From assembly GCA_025594325.1 (NCBI GenBank), contig JANHCV010000012.1, forward strand, positions 1,054,001 to 1,118,000: a stretch of DNA of 64,000 nucleotides, written 5' to 3'. This DNA is from Blastocladiella emersonii ATCC 22665. Taxonomy: Eukaryota > Fungi > Blastocladiomycota. Each line of letters starts with the position of its first letter. Position 1 is the stretch's first letter. The translations under genes and the position numbers were made by a program. The notes below the pieces were generated by a model that worked only from the letters and a program-made list of their open reading frames with translations, did no database searches and was not told the DNA's origin. Of this stretch, positions 33,623-44,475 are shown in pieces.

Positions 33623-35760
33623 GCACTAGGTGTGTGTGCTGCGCACACACTTGGGTCTCAGCCGTAGCTTTAGTCTGTCATGCCGATGATGAGAGCAAAG
33701 GCGCAGGTTGTTACGCGTCGTTCATGCGGTGGTGATCGGGGTGATCATCCACCTGATCTCGCGTGTTCTCGCCCGCAACCGCCTCTTCCGCCCCGCCGCG
33801 ACCCCGCGGCGGCGCTCCCGCTTTTGTCATCAGCTCTCCCTCACCCAGCCCTGGTTCGGGGCCGAGGCAGGAATACACAACCCTGACTAGCTGTATCGTG
33901 TCTCCTCGAGTCCCCTCCTTCGCCACTCAACACAGGTACGACACGCGTGGCGGGCATGCGTCCATGGCCAACATGACCATGGCCATGAGCTCCATGATCG
34001 CGGAGAATCGCGTTACTCAATTGACCGAGCACTCAAAGCCGTTGTCAATGGTCGAATCTGAGACTGGACACAAACATGTCGCGCTAGCGGCCCGAGAATT
34101 TGTGCCAGTTGGCGAAATAGATCAGTGGGAGCGACCCTTGCAGCCGAGGTCGCGGGCCGCCAACGCCGTCTTGTTTCCGAGCGCAGCTCGCCCGCAGCCT
34201 CAGGTTTTCGAGCACCCGGCCATGGTGTCGTTTCATGAGACTCAGTCGAAGAACCAGTCGACTCACGCGCCAGTCCCGCTGCGATGCAATTGCAGCACAT
34301 GGCGCGGGTCGTACGCCATCTTGGCCGGCGCAAAATCAATTTTTGACGTCCACCTCGTCAAATCGGTTTGAGGCTACATCGCCGGCACCGTTCACGACCG
34401 AGGACGCTGCGGTTACGAAGGCCGAGGTCAGGTGCGCAGTGGCGATGGTCGCTGGGTTGCTGACGCGCGCCTTGAGGATCAAAAGCGGTGCGCCGCGGTG
34501 GGCAGGAGAGTTGTTGAGAAATCGGATCATTCTAGACGACGCCGTGAAACCCCGCAGTGCATGAACTGGATGTCGCCGAACTTCAGATTGAACGTGTACA
34601 CATCGCGGCAGAGCTCCTTACTGAGCGCCGCAGCGCCCGTGAGGATGATGAGCTGGCCGCAACCTTAACTCGTGCGCTGGCCGGTGCTGCTTGAGCGGAA
34701 TGCAACTAGCGTCGCCGTAAGGATTTTGTCGCAGGCGGCCAACGTCTGACCAGCGATCAGGATCAAGCCCAAAGGGACTTGGTCGTAGGGCCCGTCCTTG
34801 ACGTCGATCACGTCGTCGATGTGCATGTGCGCTTCGCCCAAGACCTTGTCAACGAAACGCTGGCCCGAGACAGAGTTGCGCAGCCGCCTTCAGTCCTTGC
34901 ACGAGAGGCACAGGCACGCGTACTCGAAACCGGGCGTAATGTCGCACAGGCCGATCCGCGCGATGCGGTTGGTATGCGGCGGCGAGCACCACTGCCTTCC
35001 GCTCACGCATACCTAGCAATTGAAGAGTCGACCTTGATCAATTCGCGGCTGACTACGTTCAGTACGATACAGTGGACGCTTACACGCCTGAGGTTGCTGA
35101 ACCTTTTTTTTGTGTCGCCGGGTTATGGTCGGTTTGCGGGCGTGATCCAGTCGTGGTCGTGGATCCTCAGCGTCGCGCTCACCGTCTGAAGCCTATGTTT
35201 CGGGGTCGCGTCGCACCGTCGTTCTCGCCTTGCCGCGTTCATGTTTCTCTCCTCAGTGCGTACGTCGCATCATTTCTGTCCCTGGCGCCTTGAGGATCAG
35301 AAGCGGTGCGCGCCGCGGTGGGCGGGAAGGTTGCTGAGAAATCGGATCATCTGGACGACGCCTCGAAGCGCCGCAGTGCATGATGTGGTCGGAGTGGTTG
35401 GCGCAGGTGGGGTCGGAGAGCGGTGGCTCGGCGGGTGGCGCAGCGGGTGGCGCAGCAGTGGGAGACAGCAGCGACCGACCACTCGACTGTCGCTCCAGCT
35501 TGTCGTGCACTCGAAGTCGTCCATGCAGGTCGCCATCTGGAATGAATAGTATCAGAATTTTTATTAACCTGAGCTGAGGCCAATGCGGAAAGTCGGGGAC
35601 TCGGAATCAGAGTCAGAGCTCGAGAGTTGGAGTCAAAGATCGAAACTCGCGAAAGTTGCGGGTCGGAGCCATTCACGTGAAGGTTGATGAGCCTGATAGC
35701 TTCAAATTGCTCCCACAGAAACTCAGATTCGCTAAAGCTACAGCTGAGAAAACGAAGTAG
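33623..35760. repeat. Duplicated spacer block, copy B; contains a degenerate minus-strand ORF and an internal duplication (34470-34560 vs 35285-35380)
   Basis: Colinear with 1810-5775. The minus-strand remnant (RNSVSGQRFVDKVLGEAHMHIDDVIDVKDGP...) carries stop codons. Confidence 0.85.
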
Positions 35761-36386
35761 ACACTTCTTCTGTATATGGGCCAAGTTAGCCATTTGCACA
35801 TTCACTCCTCGTCCGCCGAAGAAATGGAGAGAGTGAGACGTAGCGACGCTAGGCTCTGACACTCTTGAATAAAGGAAGTCTTGTCGCCGTCGATCTGAAG
35901 GTCCGCTAGCGACATGCGGCGCAACTGAGGCGGAAGATGTTCAAAGATCACGTCGATACACCCAATGTTGACCCGCGCGTCGTCCAGAGTAAGATCTTTG
36001 AGACCGGGTGGAGCGTGCGCCATGACAGCAGCAACGCCAGTGCTGGTCATGTGGACCGCTCCAATGTTGAGGATCCGGAGGGTCACAGGAAGTCGCGGCA
36101 TGAGAGCGGCGACACCCGCGTCGCCAAGGTCGGTGTCATAGACGTCAAGCATGATAAGACCAGGCGGGAGGTGCTGCACGAGCTGTACCGCGGCGCGTTC
36201 GTCCAAATGGTTTGCCGAGAGGTTGAGGTGAGTCAGTACAGCCGGCAAGTAAGGGCCCGTTTGGTTCCGGGGTGAATCAGGTGGATCAATCGATTTTACA
36301 CGGTCCGGTGTTCACCCAGCTGAAACGTGGCATTTTCACCCCGTCGCGTTCATCGCGGCGTTTGGGTCGATCCCCGGATGAGCTGA

Positions 36387-36851
36387 ATGGAACCCTCGTC
36401 GCTGAATTGCCCGTCTGCTCGCCCCCGAAACCTTCAGGCTGTGCTTCCCGGCCTATATAAACGCTGTTTTCCTTCGTGGGGCGGCTCGACCACCACCGGC
36501 GAGTACTCGCACCTCGAGCAGGACGGCAAGGAGTCTGGTGACGTGGAAGGTGTCGATGGTCAAGACGACGCGGCCCCCGCCAGCAAGCGCAGCCGCACTT
36601 CGGACAGCAGCTCGCGTCGCCTCTCGGACTCGGAATTCCTCATGGGCATCAAGGAGGTGTTCCAGAGCGTCGCGACCGCCGACTCCAAGCCCGTCCTGAC
36701 CGCCGCACTTGAATGGGTCCAGGACGCGTACAACGACAATGAAGAGTACCAGATCGACGTCGCCACCCGCCTGACCGAGGATCAAGCGCTTCGCGTCATG
36801 GCCGTGTCCGAATCGAAGCGCAAGCGCATCCTCGAGATTTTCATTCAGTAG
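36387..36851 (+). pseudogene. C-terminal remnant of the Harbinger accessory (Myb/SANT-type) protein
   Basis: Position and orientation are typical of PIF ORF2. FPSWGGSTTTG, an acidic/NLS linker and a helical C-terminus are present. No Myb/SANT N-terminus is visible. Confidence 0.55.
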
Positions 36852-37164
36852 CTCACTCGCACATGTCCCCCTCCCCTCGCGTTGCTTCCTGGCCTTGTTC
36901 TCGCCCATTTGTGTCCAATACATCTGGCTTTGTGTCCATCGTATCTTCAATCGTTACCCTTGGCTCGAAAATGACGCGACTCGTTGAGAAACGCGTGGTT
37001 CGCAAAGTGTCTCGCACGTCACGTGATTGATCGACGCGTCTCCACCGATGCATTCTGACCTCAGCGACGCGTCAAATCATCTAGAATCGCTTATATAACA
37101 TTATAGTACTTGACAAATCAGTATATTACAGCATGCATGCGGGTACAACAATTATTTCGCGCCT

Positions 37165-38482
37165 TCAAAGACGGGTCCCACGAGCGGCCATGACGCGCCT
37201 GTACTCGGTCCAAAGAACATTTGCGACGCGGTTCCGAAGCGAGATACCGCGCTGACGAGCTCCGTCCAGCGAGGCCTCGAGGACAGCGGCCTCGTCGTCC
37301 TCCTCGTTCTCGTCGTTCAGGGGCTCGCGCCCACGCACACGCGCCTCACGCGCCGCGTCCCGCGCGCGCCGGAGCTCCGTCTCGGCGTCGCAAAAGAAGG
37401 CGTCGCCGCCTTGGTTCCACTTGTTGATCATGTTGTGCAGCGTGCAGAGCGCGTACACAAGCTTGACTTGAGTCTTGATTGGGTAGGCCGCGCCAATCGA
37501 GAGGACGCGGAACCGCTTCTTGAGCACGCCAAAGATATGCTCAATGGAGTTGCGGAGCGACGCGTGACGCAGATTGAAAAGCTCCTCGCGGTTCTTAACT
37601 CTACGTACGTTGATGAAGCGGATGAGATGGCGCCAACGTGATGGTCATGGCAGTGAGAACGTACCCATCCTTGCCGCGGGCAAACTCGCGAAGATGATAG
37701 CGGGTACTGCGGAAGGGCACGATGATGGACGTGCGGTTTGCGTAGCCGCCGTCGGCGAGGTAGAAGCGGCCGGCGGGGATCTTGAACCCACGGGCGAAGG
37801 CGTCCGAGAGCACGCGCGAGTCATGCGCCTTGCCCTCCCACCCTGCGAGAACGTAGGTGAAGTTCAAGTCAAAGTCGCAGGCAGCGAGGACATTTGAGTA
37901 TATGGTCCCCTTGCGGTTTCGGAACGAGTCGTGAAGCTTAGTGGGCACAACAAACGGGATGTGCGTTCCGTCAAGCGCGCCGACCGCGTTCTGGAACGGA
38001 GCGTATTTCGGGTCGTGGGCGATGCGCTCATGCACGGGCGTAGAATCGGACGGCTGGACAATGAACTCGGGCATCAGGCGGTACAGAGCGTCGAGCACTT
38101 GCTTCAGAACCCTGGACGCGGTCTCGCCAGAGATTTGGAACCGCTCCCTGAGGTTGCGGTTGGTGCTGCCCTCGCCGGCCATGACAAGAAAAACCATGAA
38201 GCGCGCCTCGACGGACAGCTCGCGGCCGTCGGCGAGAAGGCCACGGTCGCGGAACAGGCGGCAGATGGCCTTGAAGGTCTCGCGGGGCATACGGGCGATT
38301 TCCGAAAAACGCGTTTTGCTGTTGCACGTCAGCAGCTCTTGAACCCACGACTCGCCAGAAAGCGTGGACGTGCGGATAGGCTCCCACGAGCGGCGCTCGT
38401 TGCGCGCAGCGAGACGTCGCAGGAGAGCGAGGGCGGCTGTGAGCATTAGGCCGCGCAGCTTGCGGTTGTATCCCTTGCCCAT
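37165..38482 (-). CDS. PIF/Harbinger DDE transposase (DDE_Tnp_4), 417 aa, 2 exons
   Basis: HTH region (LRERFQISGETASR), GALDGTH, GWEGKAHD, YLADGGY and RNSIEHIFGVLKKRF. The 64-bp intron 37664-37601 joins KDG|VKNREELFNLRHA in frame. Confidence 0.93.
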
Positions 38483-40019
38483 GTTGTTTGAGGGCTCGAG
38501 AACACGATGCGTGAGGTTAGGTGTTGATTCGTTGCAATAAGTGCGGCTGCAAAGAGGTGGGAAAGATTTTATTGCGGGGGGGGGGGTTCATCCAGCGGGG
38601 CGTTTGGTTCGCACGGCCGCTGAGATGAACGGGGGTGAGGTGAAACGTGGCAACTTTTTCAGCTGATCCACCTGATCTGAACCAAACGGGCCCTAAGGCG
38701 CAAGGTCGACAAGGTCTTCAGACGAGAGCAAGGCGCGGGTAAGATCGAGTGTGAGCAGGCCCTTTGGGAGATGGCGCCCGAGTGCGAGACCGAATCCTGA
38801 CAACGGTTTGGGGGTCGCGGTCCCGAGCTGAAGGAAGGTGAGCGATGGAGGAATTTGGCGGAGAAATGCTTGAGCATCGGCGTCGCACGAAAAGTTGTCC
38901 CAAACGACCGCGAGCTCCTCGAGGTGGGGCGGAAACGGCGACGGGTCAGTCGAGGCGGACGCGGACGCCCCCGTAAACACCCAATTTTGGTCGAGTTTGA
39001 GCTGCTTGACACTCGTTGGAAGGCGGAGGGAGCACAGCAGCGGATAGGTCAAGGAGCAGCAGCTGATGTGCACGTTTCGGACATTGCCGTTTGCCGCGAG
39101 TGCACCAGCGAGGGCAGCCGCCCCCGCTTGAGTCACCCGAGTACATCCGATTGCCAAGCTTCGTGTGCGCTCAGTTGCAACTGTCCTGGCGACATCGAAA
39201 ATGACCGCGTCATCAGCCGACTCGTCCTTGCGGACAAGTCGCTACAGAGTACAATGGTAATCAGGAAGCGCTCTGCGGATGCGGATCGAATAACCGACAA
39301 CACGCAGCTGTACCTTGAGACTAGCAGGATCGCCCGCGCCCATGAAATGGACAACGACAAACTCCGGATAGCGCTCCTGGGCCTCGGGCATGGCAAGTCC
39401 CGATCGATACCACCAATCTAAGGTGTCGTACGACCCCACGTCGTCAAAAGCCTTGTACGTGTATTGGAGCGGGAACCCAGAAAGACGCCAGGCCTCGAGC
39501 ACGTCGACACGACCTTGGTACGTGGCCTCGTCCATGGACATTCGCAAAAGCAGCCTTTGCTTTATGGCGTCGTGGGTGCGCGGTGCGAGCGCTCGCGGCA
39601 CCACGGATCCATACTCGCGTAGACCATCGAGGCCACTTGGACCGGTGAGCAAGACGGCCTCGGTCAGAATCAGGTCGATGATGACATAAGGGATTGCAGC
39701 AAGTCGTTTTTGCATTGGATCCATGGTGAGGGAATTCATGTCTTGCGCGGGGAAGAGTCGAGGGCTAAAGCCCTCTATTTTTGCCTAGCCGACGCGCGCC
39801 CTTGGGATCTGACGTGTCTCCCTGGTCCACGTGCGTCACGCACGTGTTTCACGCGTTTCACGGGATATAACCAACGCGTCCGAGTCTCCCACCACCAAGC
39901 TCTCTCGCCTGCAGTCAATCGTGATAGTAACAAAAAAAATCAAATATTGTGAATGAGAGGACAGCAACAACAAAAGAGGGAAACGGAGGAAGTGGAGAGA
40001 GGAACACGACGTCGTTCAG

Positions 40020-40958
40020 TTAACTGCGGCCGCCGCGGCGGCGGCGGCGCTTGGCGACCGCCTCAAACTCGTCCTCGTCGACGTCACCGCCCTCCTCGGC
40101 GGACATGGCGGCCGTGCGCTTGGGCGCGTCAGCGGGAACGGCCGTGGCTGACGCGACTTCGCGATCCGTCGTGCCCGCCTCCTCGATGATGGGCGCCGCG
40201 AGCGCGACTGTCGCACTTGAAGTCGTCGACGACGACGACGACGCGGCCGACGAGCCGACCGGCGGCCCGGCGGGCTGTACAGCGGTCGAGAGCGTCGAGG
40301 TCGACGACGACGAGGCGACGGTCGCGTCGACCTGCGAAACGGCGGGCTGCACGGCGGTCGAGGACGACAACGACGCGTTGGTGATCTGCGGTGCAGCGGT
40401 CTGCACGGCCGTCGCCGAGGAGGACAACGAGGCGACGCCGTCGTTGAGCTCGCGCAGGATCCCCGCCATGCGCGTTGTGAACTCGGGGTCCGAGTCGCCC
40501 TCCTCGTCGGACACGTCAAACACGAACCGCGGCTGGCGCACGGGGGAGGACAGCGTCAGCCCCGACAGCTGCGTGGCCGGGGTCGGCGGGATGCACTCCT
40601 GCGGGCGGGCGCCGTACGGGTTGCTGCGGCCCGCGGGACCGCCGTGATGGTGCGCCGGCGGCGGCAGAGCGGGCGCTGACGACAAGCCCGCGGGACCACC
40701 GTGATGGTGATGGTGGGCCGGCGGCGGGACGGTGGGCGCCAACGACGAAGAGGGGGTCGACGGCGGGTTGAAGGACGAGGCCGTCGACGGCTGCTGCGGC
40801 GGGACGGCGGGCGTCGACGACGAGGCGGGCGCCGACGACGAGGAAGAGGGGGTGGAGGGCGGGTTGAAGTACGAGGCTGGCGGGGGCATGGCGGGCGCCG
40901 TGGGCGCCGAAGGCGGCGGCGCCGGCGTGATGATCTGCTGCTGCAGCTGCGGCTGCAC
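40020..40958 (-). pseudogene. 5'-truncated Pro/Ser-rich ORF inside the Helitron2-like element
   Basis: GC3-biased frame ending in KRRRRRGGRS*, followed by a CT/AT-rich 3'UTR-like tract. It abuts the RepHel remnant head-to-head with no promoter space. Confidence 0.5.
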
Positions 40959-40969
40959 CTGCGCAATGA

Positions 40970-43900
40970 AGTCACACGGCGGCCGCCGGGATCTTCCCGC
41001 ACAAGTTCGCGCCGCTGCTGCTGTACCAGGCGATGCGGTGGCTCGACCTCGCGGGCGTCGCTGCTGGCGAGGTGACCGAGCAGGATGTCGAGTGCATCGC
41101 GAGCACCATCAGCGTCAACGGCAAGCCGTTGCTCAACGTCGCGCTGCACGACTACGTGTTCCGCCCGCCCGAGCTCGAGAACCTGTCGTGGTACGAGTGT
41201 ATCTCCTCGTGGTCGCGCGTCAACATTCCACCGAAAATGCGCGAGGTCCTCGCCAACGGCGGGCGCGTCGTGCCCGCGCAAGCAGAACTCGGACCAGCTG
41301 CCGACATGCCGCCCGGCACGAGGCTGTCCTTCATGGCCGACCACCCGCTGGCCAAGACGCGCGAGCTGCGCAAGAACATCGTCGAGGTCGTGCCCAAAAT
41401 CGCCGGCCCGCACATGCCCGACCCGCGCAAGTTTGGCGACGTGCCCGGGTCCGAGGAAAAGTACTCGCGCATGGCGCTGCTACTGCTGCGCCATTTCCGC
41501 GTCTCGAGTGACATTTTCGACGAGAACGGCTTGGCGATCGCCAAGTTCAAGGCGTTCAAGGAGGGCCTCCAACCCGGCGACCCTGCGCTCAACCACCTTG
41601 AGTACGCCCAGGAGTACTACTTCAGTCTCGACGGTGCGCGCGCGTACCGTGAGTGCCGCGATCGCGAGAACGCCGAGCTCTCGGCCAGGCTGTCGCAGGA
41701 GGAGCGCGGCGAGCTGTTCGTTCCAACTGGCGACAGCGACCGCAACGCGTCAAGCTCGCGCGCCAAGGCGACCGCCAACGAGGACCCGACTGCAGAATGG
41801 ACCATGTTCACTCAGTCGCAGCAGGACATTGCCCTCGATCCGGTCATTGCCGAAAACGCCATGAACGGTGCTGGCGCCGAGGTCGCGCCCACCGTTAGCG
41901 AGCAGAACTTCAAGCTGGTGATGGACGCGCTGGTCCCTGGTGCTGCTGCAGACCTGGTCGACCACCTGCGCCTCCCTCCAGTGCACCCGTTCGACGTCAA
42001 GGCGGCCGTCCCACCGACGACGCTCAAGGAGCCCATCTCGGCGAACACGCTGAAAGGATTCCTGGCGCAGCACCGCAGCGCCGCATCTGCAGCGCCGGCC
42101 GCTGCTGGAACCGCTCCTGTCGCTCCGCAAGGCGGGCAGTCGCCGCTCAACGGCGCGTCAACCACGTCAGACGCTGCTGCCGAGTCGCTGATCGGCGTCG
42201 ATCCCGAAAACGTTGTTGAGGACGGTCCAGAAGCACCAGAAGTACCCGCCGCCGACGTTTGGCGCATTACCTTCGCCGCGAGATAAACGGAATCTGCAGT
42301 GAAGCGCAAGCGGTTCCTCGTCATGAAGGCTGCGGACTCGCTCAACAACTTTGACCACGCGACTCGCGGCAAGGAGTGGACGGAGACGGAGCAGCGCACC
42401 AAGCACACGCCCGCGTACGCGAGCCTCGCGCAGGTTTCGCTCAAGTTCAACCTGAACAAGGAGCAGCACCGCGCGTTCGTGCTCTTCCTCATGCCGCTCA
42501 TCGCCACGTTCATTGGCGGCGACAGCGGTGTCGCTGAGGCCGCCGCGTCATCGGATCCGGGCGCGCTCGCGTCGGGCCGCGGCCGGCCAAACGCACTAGC
42601 TCTCGCCTCGCTTCCGCCCATGAGCAAGGATTGCTCGCCGATCATTCTCACCGGCTCGGGCGGCACGGGCAAGTCGCGCGTCATTGACGCGATCCGGTAC
42701 TTTTTCGCGTCCTAGAACCGCGAAAAGTGCATGATGGTCATGGCCATGACAGGCATCGCGGCCGCCAACATTGGCGGTACCACTATCCACGCCGCGTGCC
42801 AGCTCTCGCTCAAGGGGGAGAGTCTCAGCCCCGACATCAAGAGCATCCGCACCGACTCTGCTGTCGCCAGCGCGTGGCAAGGACGTCACGCCGTGATCAT
42901 CGACGAGTTCTCCATGTGCGACGCGCAGCTGCTCGGACGGGTCGACGCGAGCCTTCGCGACCTGCGTCGGTGCGACGAGCCGTTTGGCGGCTGCATCGTC
43001 ATGCTCGCCGGCGACCATTTGCAGCTTCCACCAGTGAACGGCACGGCGCTGTTCCAGCTACCCGAGGTGCTCGACGATGCGCCAGACTCGTTCTTCGAGC
43101 GGCTGCTCGCGTACGACACCACGGGCGCGAAAAAAAAGCACTCGGGCCAGCTCGCGTACTGGCGCGCCCGACGTGTCGTTCGACTCGTGCGCAGCAACCG
43201 GTTCGTCAACGACCCATCATGGGGCAGGTGTCTCGACGCGTTCCGCCTCGACAAGGCCCCCGACGAGTTGCGCCGCCTGCTCGACTCGCGCACGACCGCT
43301 CGCCTGCGCCAGCTGAGCGACGACCAGGGCAACAAGGCGCTCAAGAAGATCCTCCAGACGCGCGGGCTCACAGTCATTGCGCCCAATAACTACACGCGTC
43401 ACACCTTCAACCTGCTGTACACGCGGCTCGCCGCTGCGGACCCAGAACGCGTCGTGTTTCAGATTAAGGCCAGCATCACGCGCAAGAAGGAGCGAAACGG
43501 CGCAACCGTCCGCCTCCCGATTGGCGAAAGGGACCTGCTCCGTCTCGCCGAGGAGCCCGACTCGATCACCCATTTGCCAACCATCCTCGAGGTCTTTGTC
43601 GGCATGGAAGTGCGCGTCAAGGTCAACCAGTGCGTCGAGAAGGGGTGCGCGAATGGCGATATCGGCGTCGTGCACCACATCGACTGGTTTCCGGGCACGA
43701 CGTTTACCGAGACCGGCTCGCGCATGTACCGCCCATCGCGGGAGCCACATACTGTGTGTATCGACCTGCCCGACGCGCCGCCTGGCCCTCGGTTTCCTGG
43801 CATGCCGGCCGATTGGCCAGACACGGTCATCCCGCTCGCCATGCACTCGGACGACTTTCTCTACAAGGAGGGCGGTATGACGTCGCGCGAGCAAACCGAA

Positions 43901-44475
43901 CTCAAGAAACCCGAGTCCAGCGCACTGTGCGCCAAGATGGTCAAGAACTTCGATACTCACGAGCAGTACAAGGACCACGAAAAGGTCAAGATCAAGCAGT
44001 TCCCAGTCGTGCCCGCCTTTGCGATGACGGTGCACGGGGTCCAAGGCGTGACCAAGAACGCCATCATTTTAACGGCTCGTCTGGATCGATCACCGGGTCG
44101 TCGCTGTACGTTGCGCTCTCGCGGCTCCGCGAGAGCGCGTTTCTGTGGGTTCTCCATCCGATCCCGGACAGCGTGTACGACGCCATGGTCCCTGATCCGC
44201 GGGCCGTGGCCAAAGACTTGCGGCTCCAGGCGCTAGACGTGTTGACTGAGGGCGCGTTCGCTCACGGACAAACCGTTGCGCAAAACCACCCCCGAGTCGC
44301 GGAGCTCTTTTGCCACGCGATGCAAGAGCACCGCCAGATCAAGAGCGACAAGGAGGCGAAGCAGAAGGCGCGCGACCAAGAGTACTCAAGGCGGTATCGC
44401 GAGCGTAAGCGCGAGCAGAAGCGCGCTCCAGAATTGCATGAGCAGCGGCGGAGCAAGAGGCTTCGCGAGATTTAG
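40970..44475 (+). pseudogene. RepHel remnant: linker plus PIF1-type helicase; Rep (HUH) domain absent
   Basis: Linker motifs HDYVFRPPELENL, DHPLA..., PKIAGPHMP. Helicase motifs LTGSGGTGKS, AMTGIAAANIGGTTIH, IIDEFSM, FGG...GDHLQLPPV, QFPVVPAFAMTVHGVQG and YVALSR. Stops at 42284 and 42713, frameshift near 44090. Confidence 0.9.

Larger units (their letters stand above)
36253..38693. mobile_element. PIF/Harbinger DNA transposon, 2441 bp
   Basis: Perfect 15-bp TIR GGGCCCGTTTGGTTC. TAA TSD at 36250-52 and 38694-96. Convergent transposase and partial ORF2. Confidence 0.95.
35802..39739 (-). pseudogene. F-box-like / WW-ankyrin-like / LRR gene, otherwise intact, interrupted by a PIF/Harbinger element
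   Basis: Exon 1 is 39739-39314. The intron 39313-39242 sits at the same |RLVR position as in the 31.2-kb copy. Removing the element and one TAA joins DLVDLAP-YLPAVLTHLNL in frame (about 473 aa). Confidence 0.9.

Noticed and set aside
22330-38690. GATC-containing subterminal motifs in three unrelated elements as a shared methylation or host-factor signal
   Set aside because: The flanking consensus differs between elements, and short palindromes are common in subterminal repeats. There is no supporting evidence in the sequence.
42284-42715. In-frame TAA and TAG in the helicase ORF as programmed readthrough or an alternative genetic code
   Set aside because: Other genes here use TAA and TAG as normal stops. 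The same ORF also has a frameshift and lacks Rep, so simple decay explains it.
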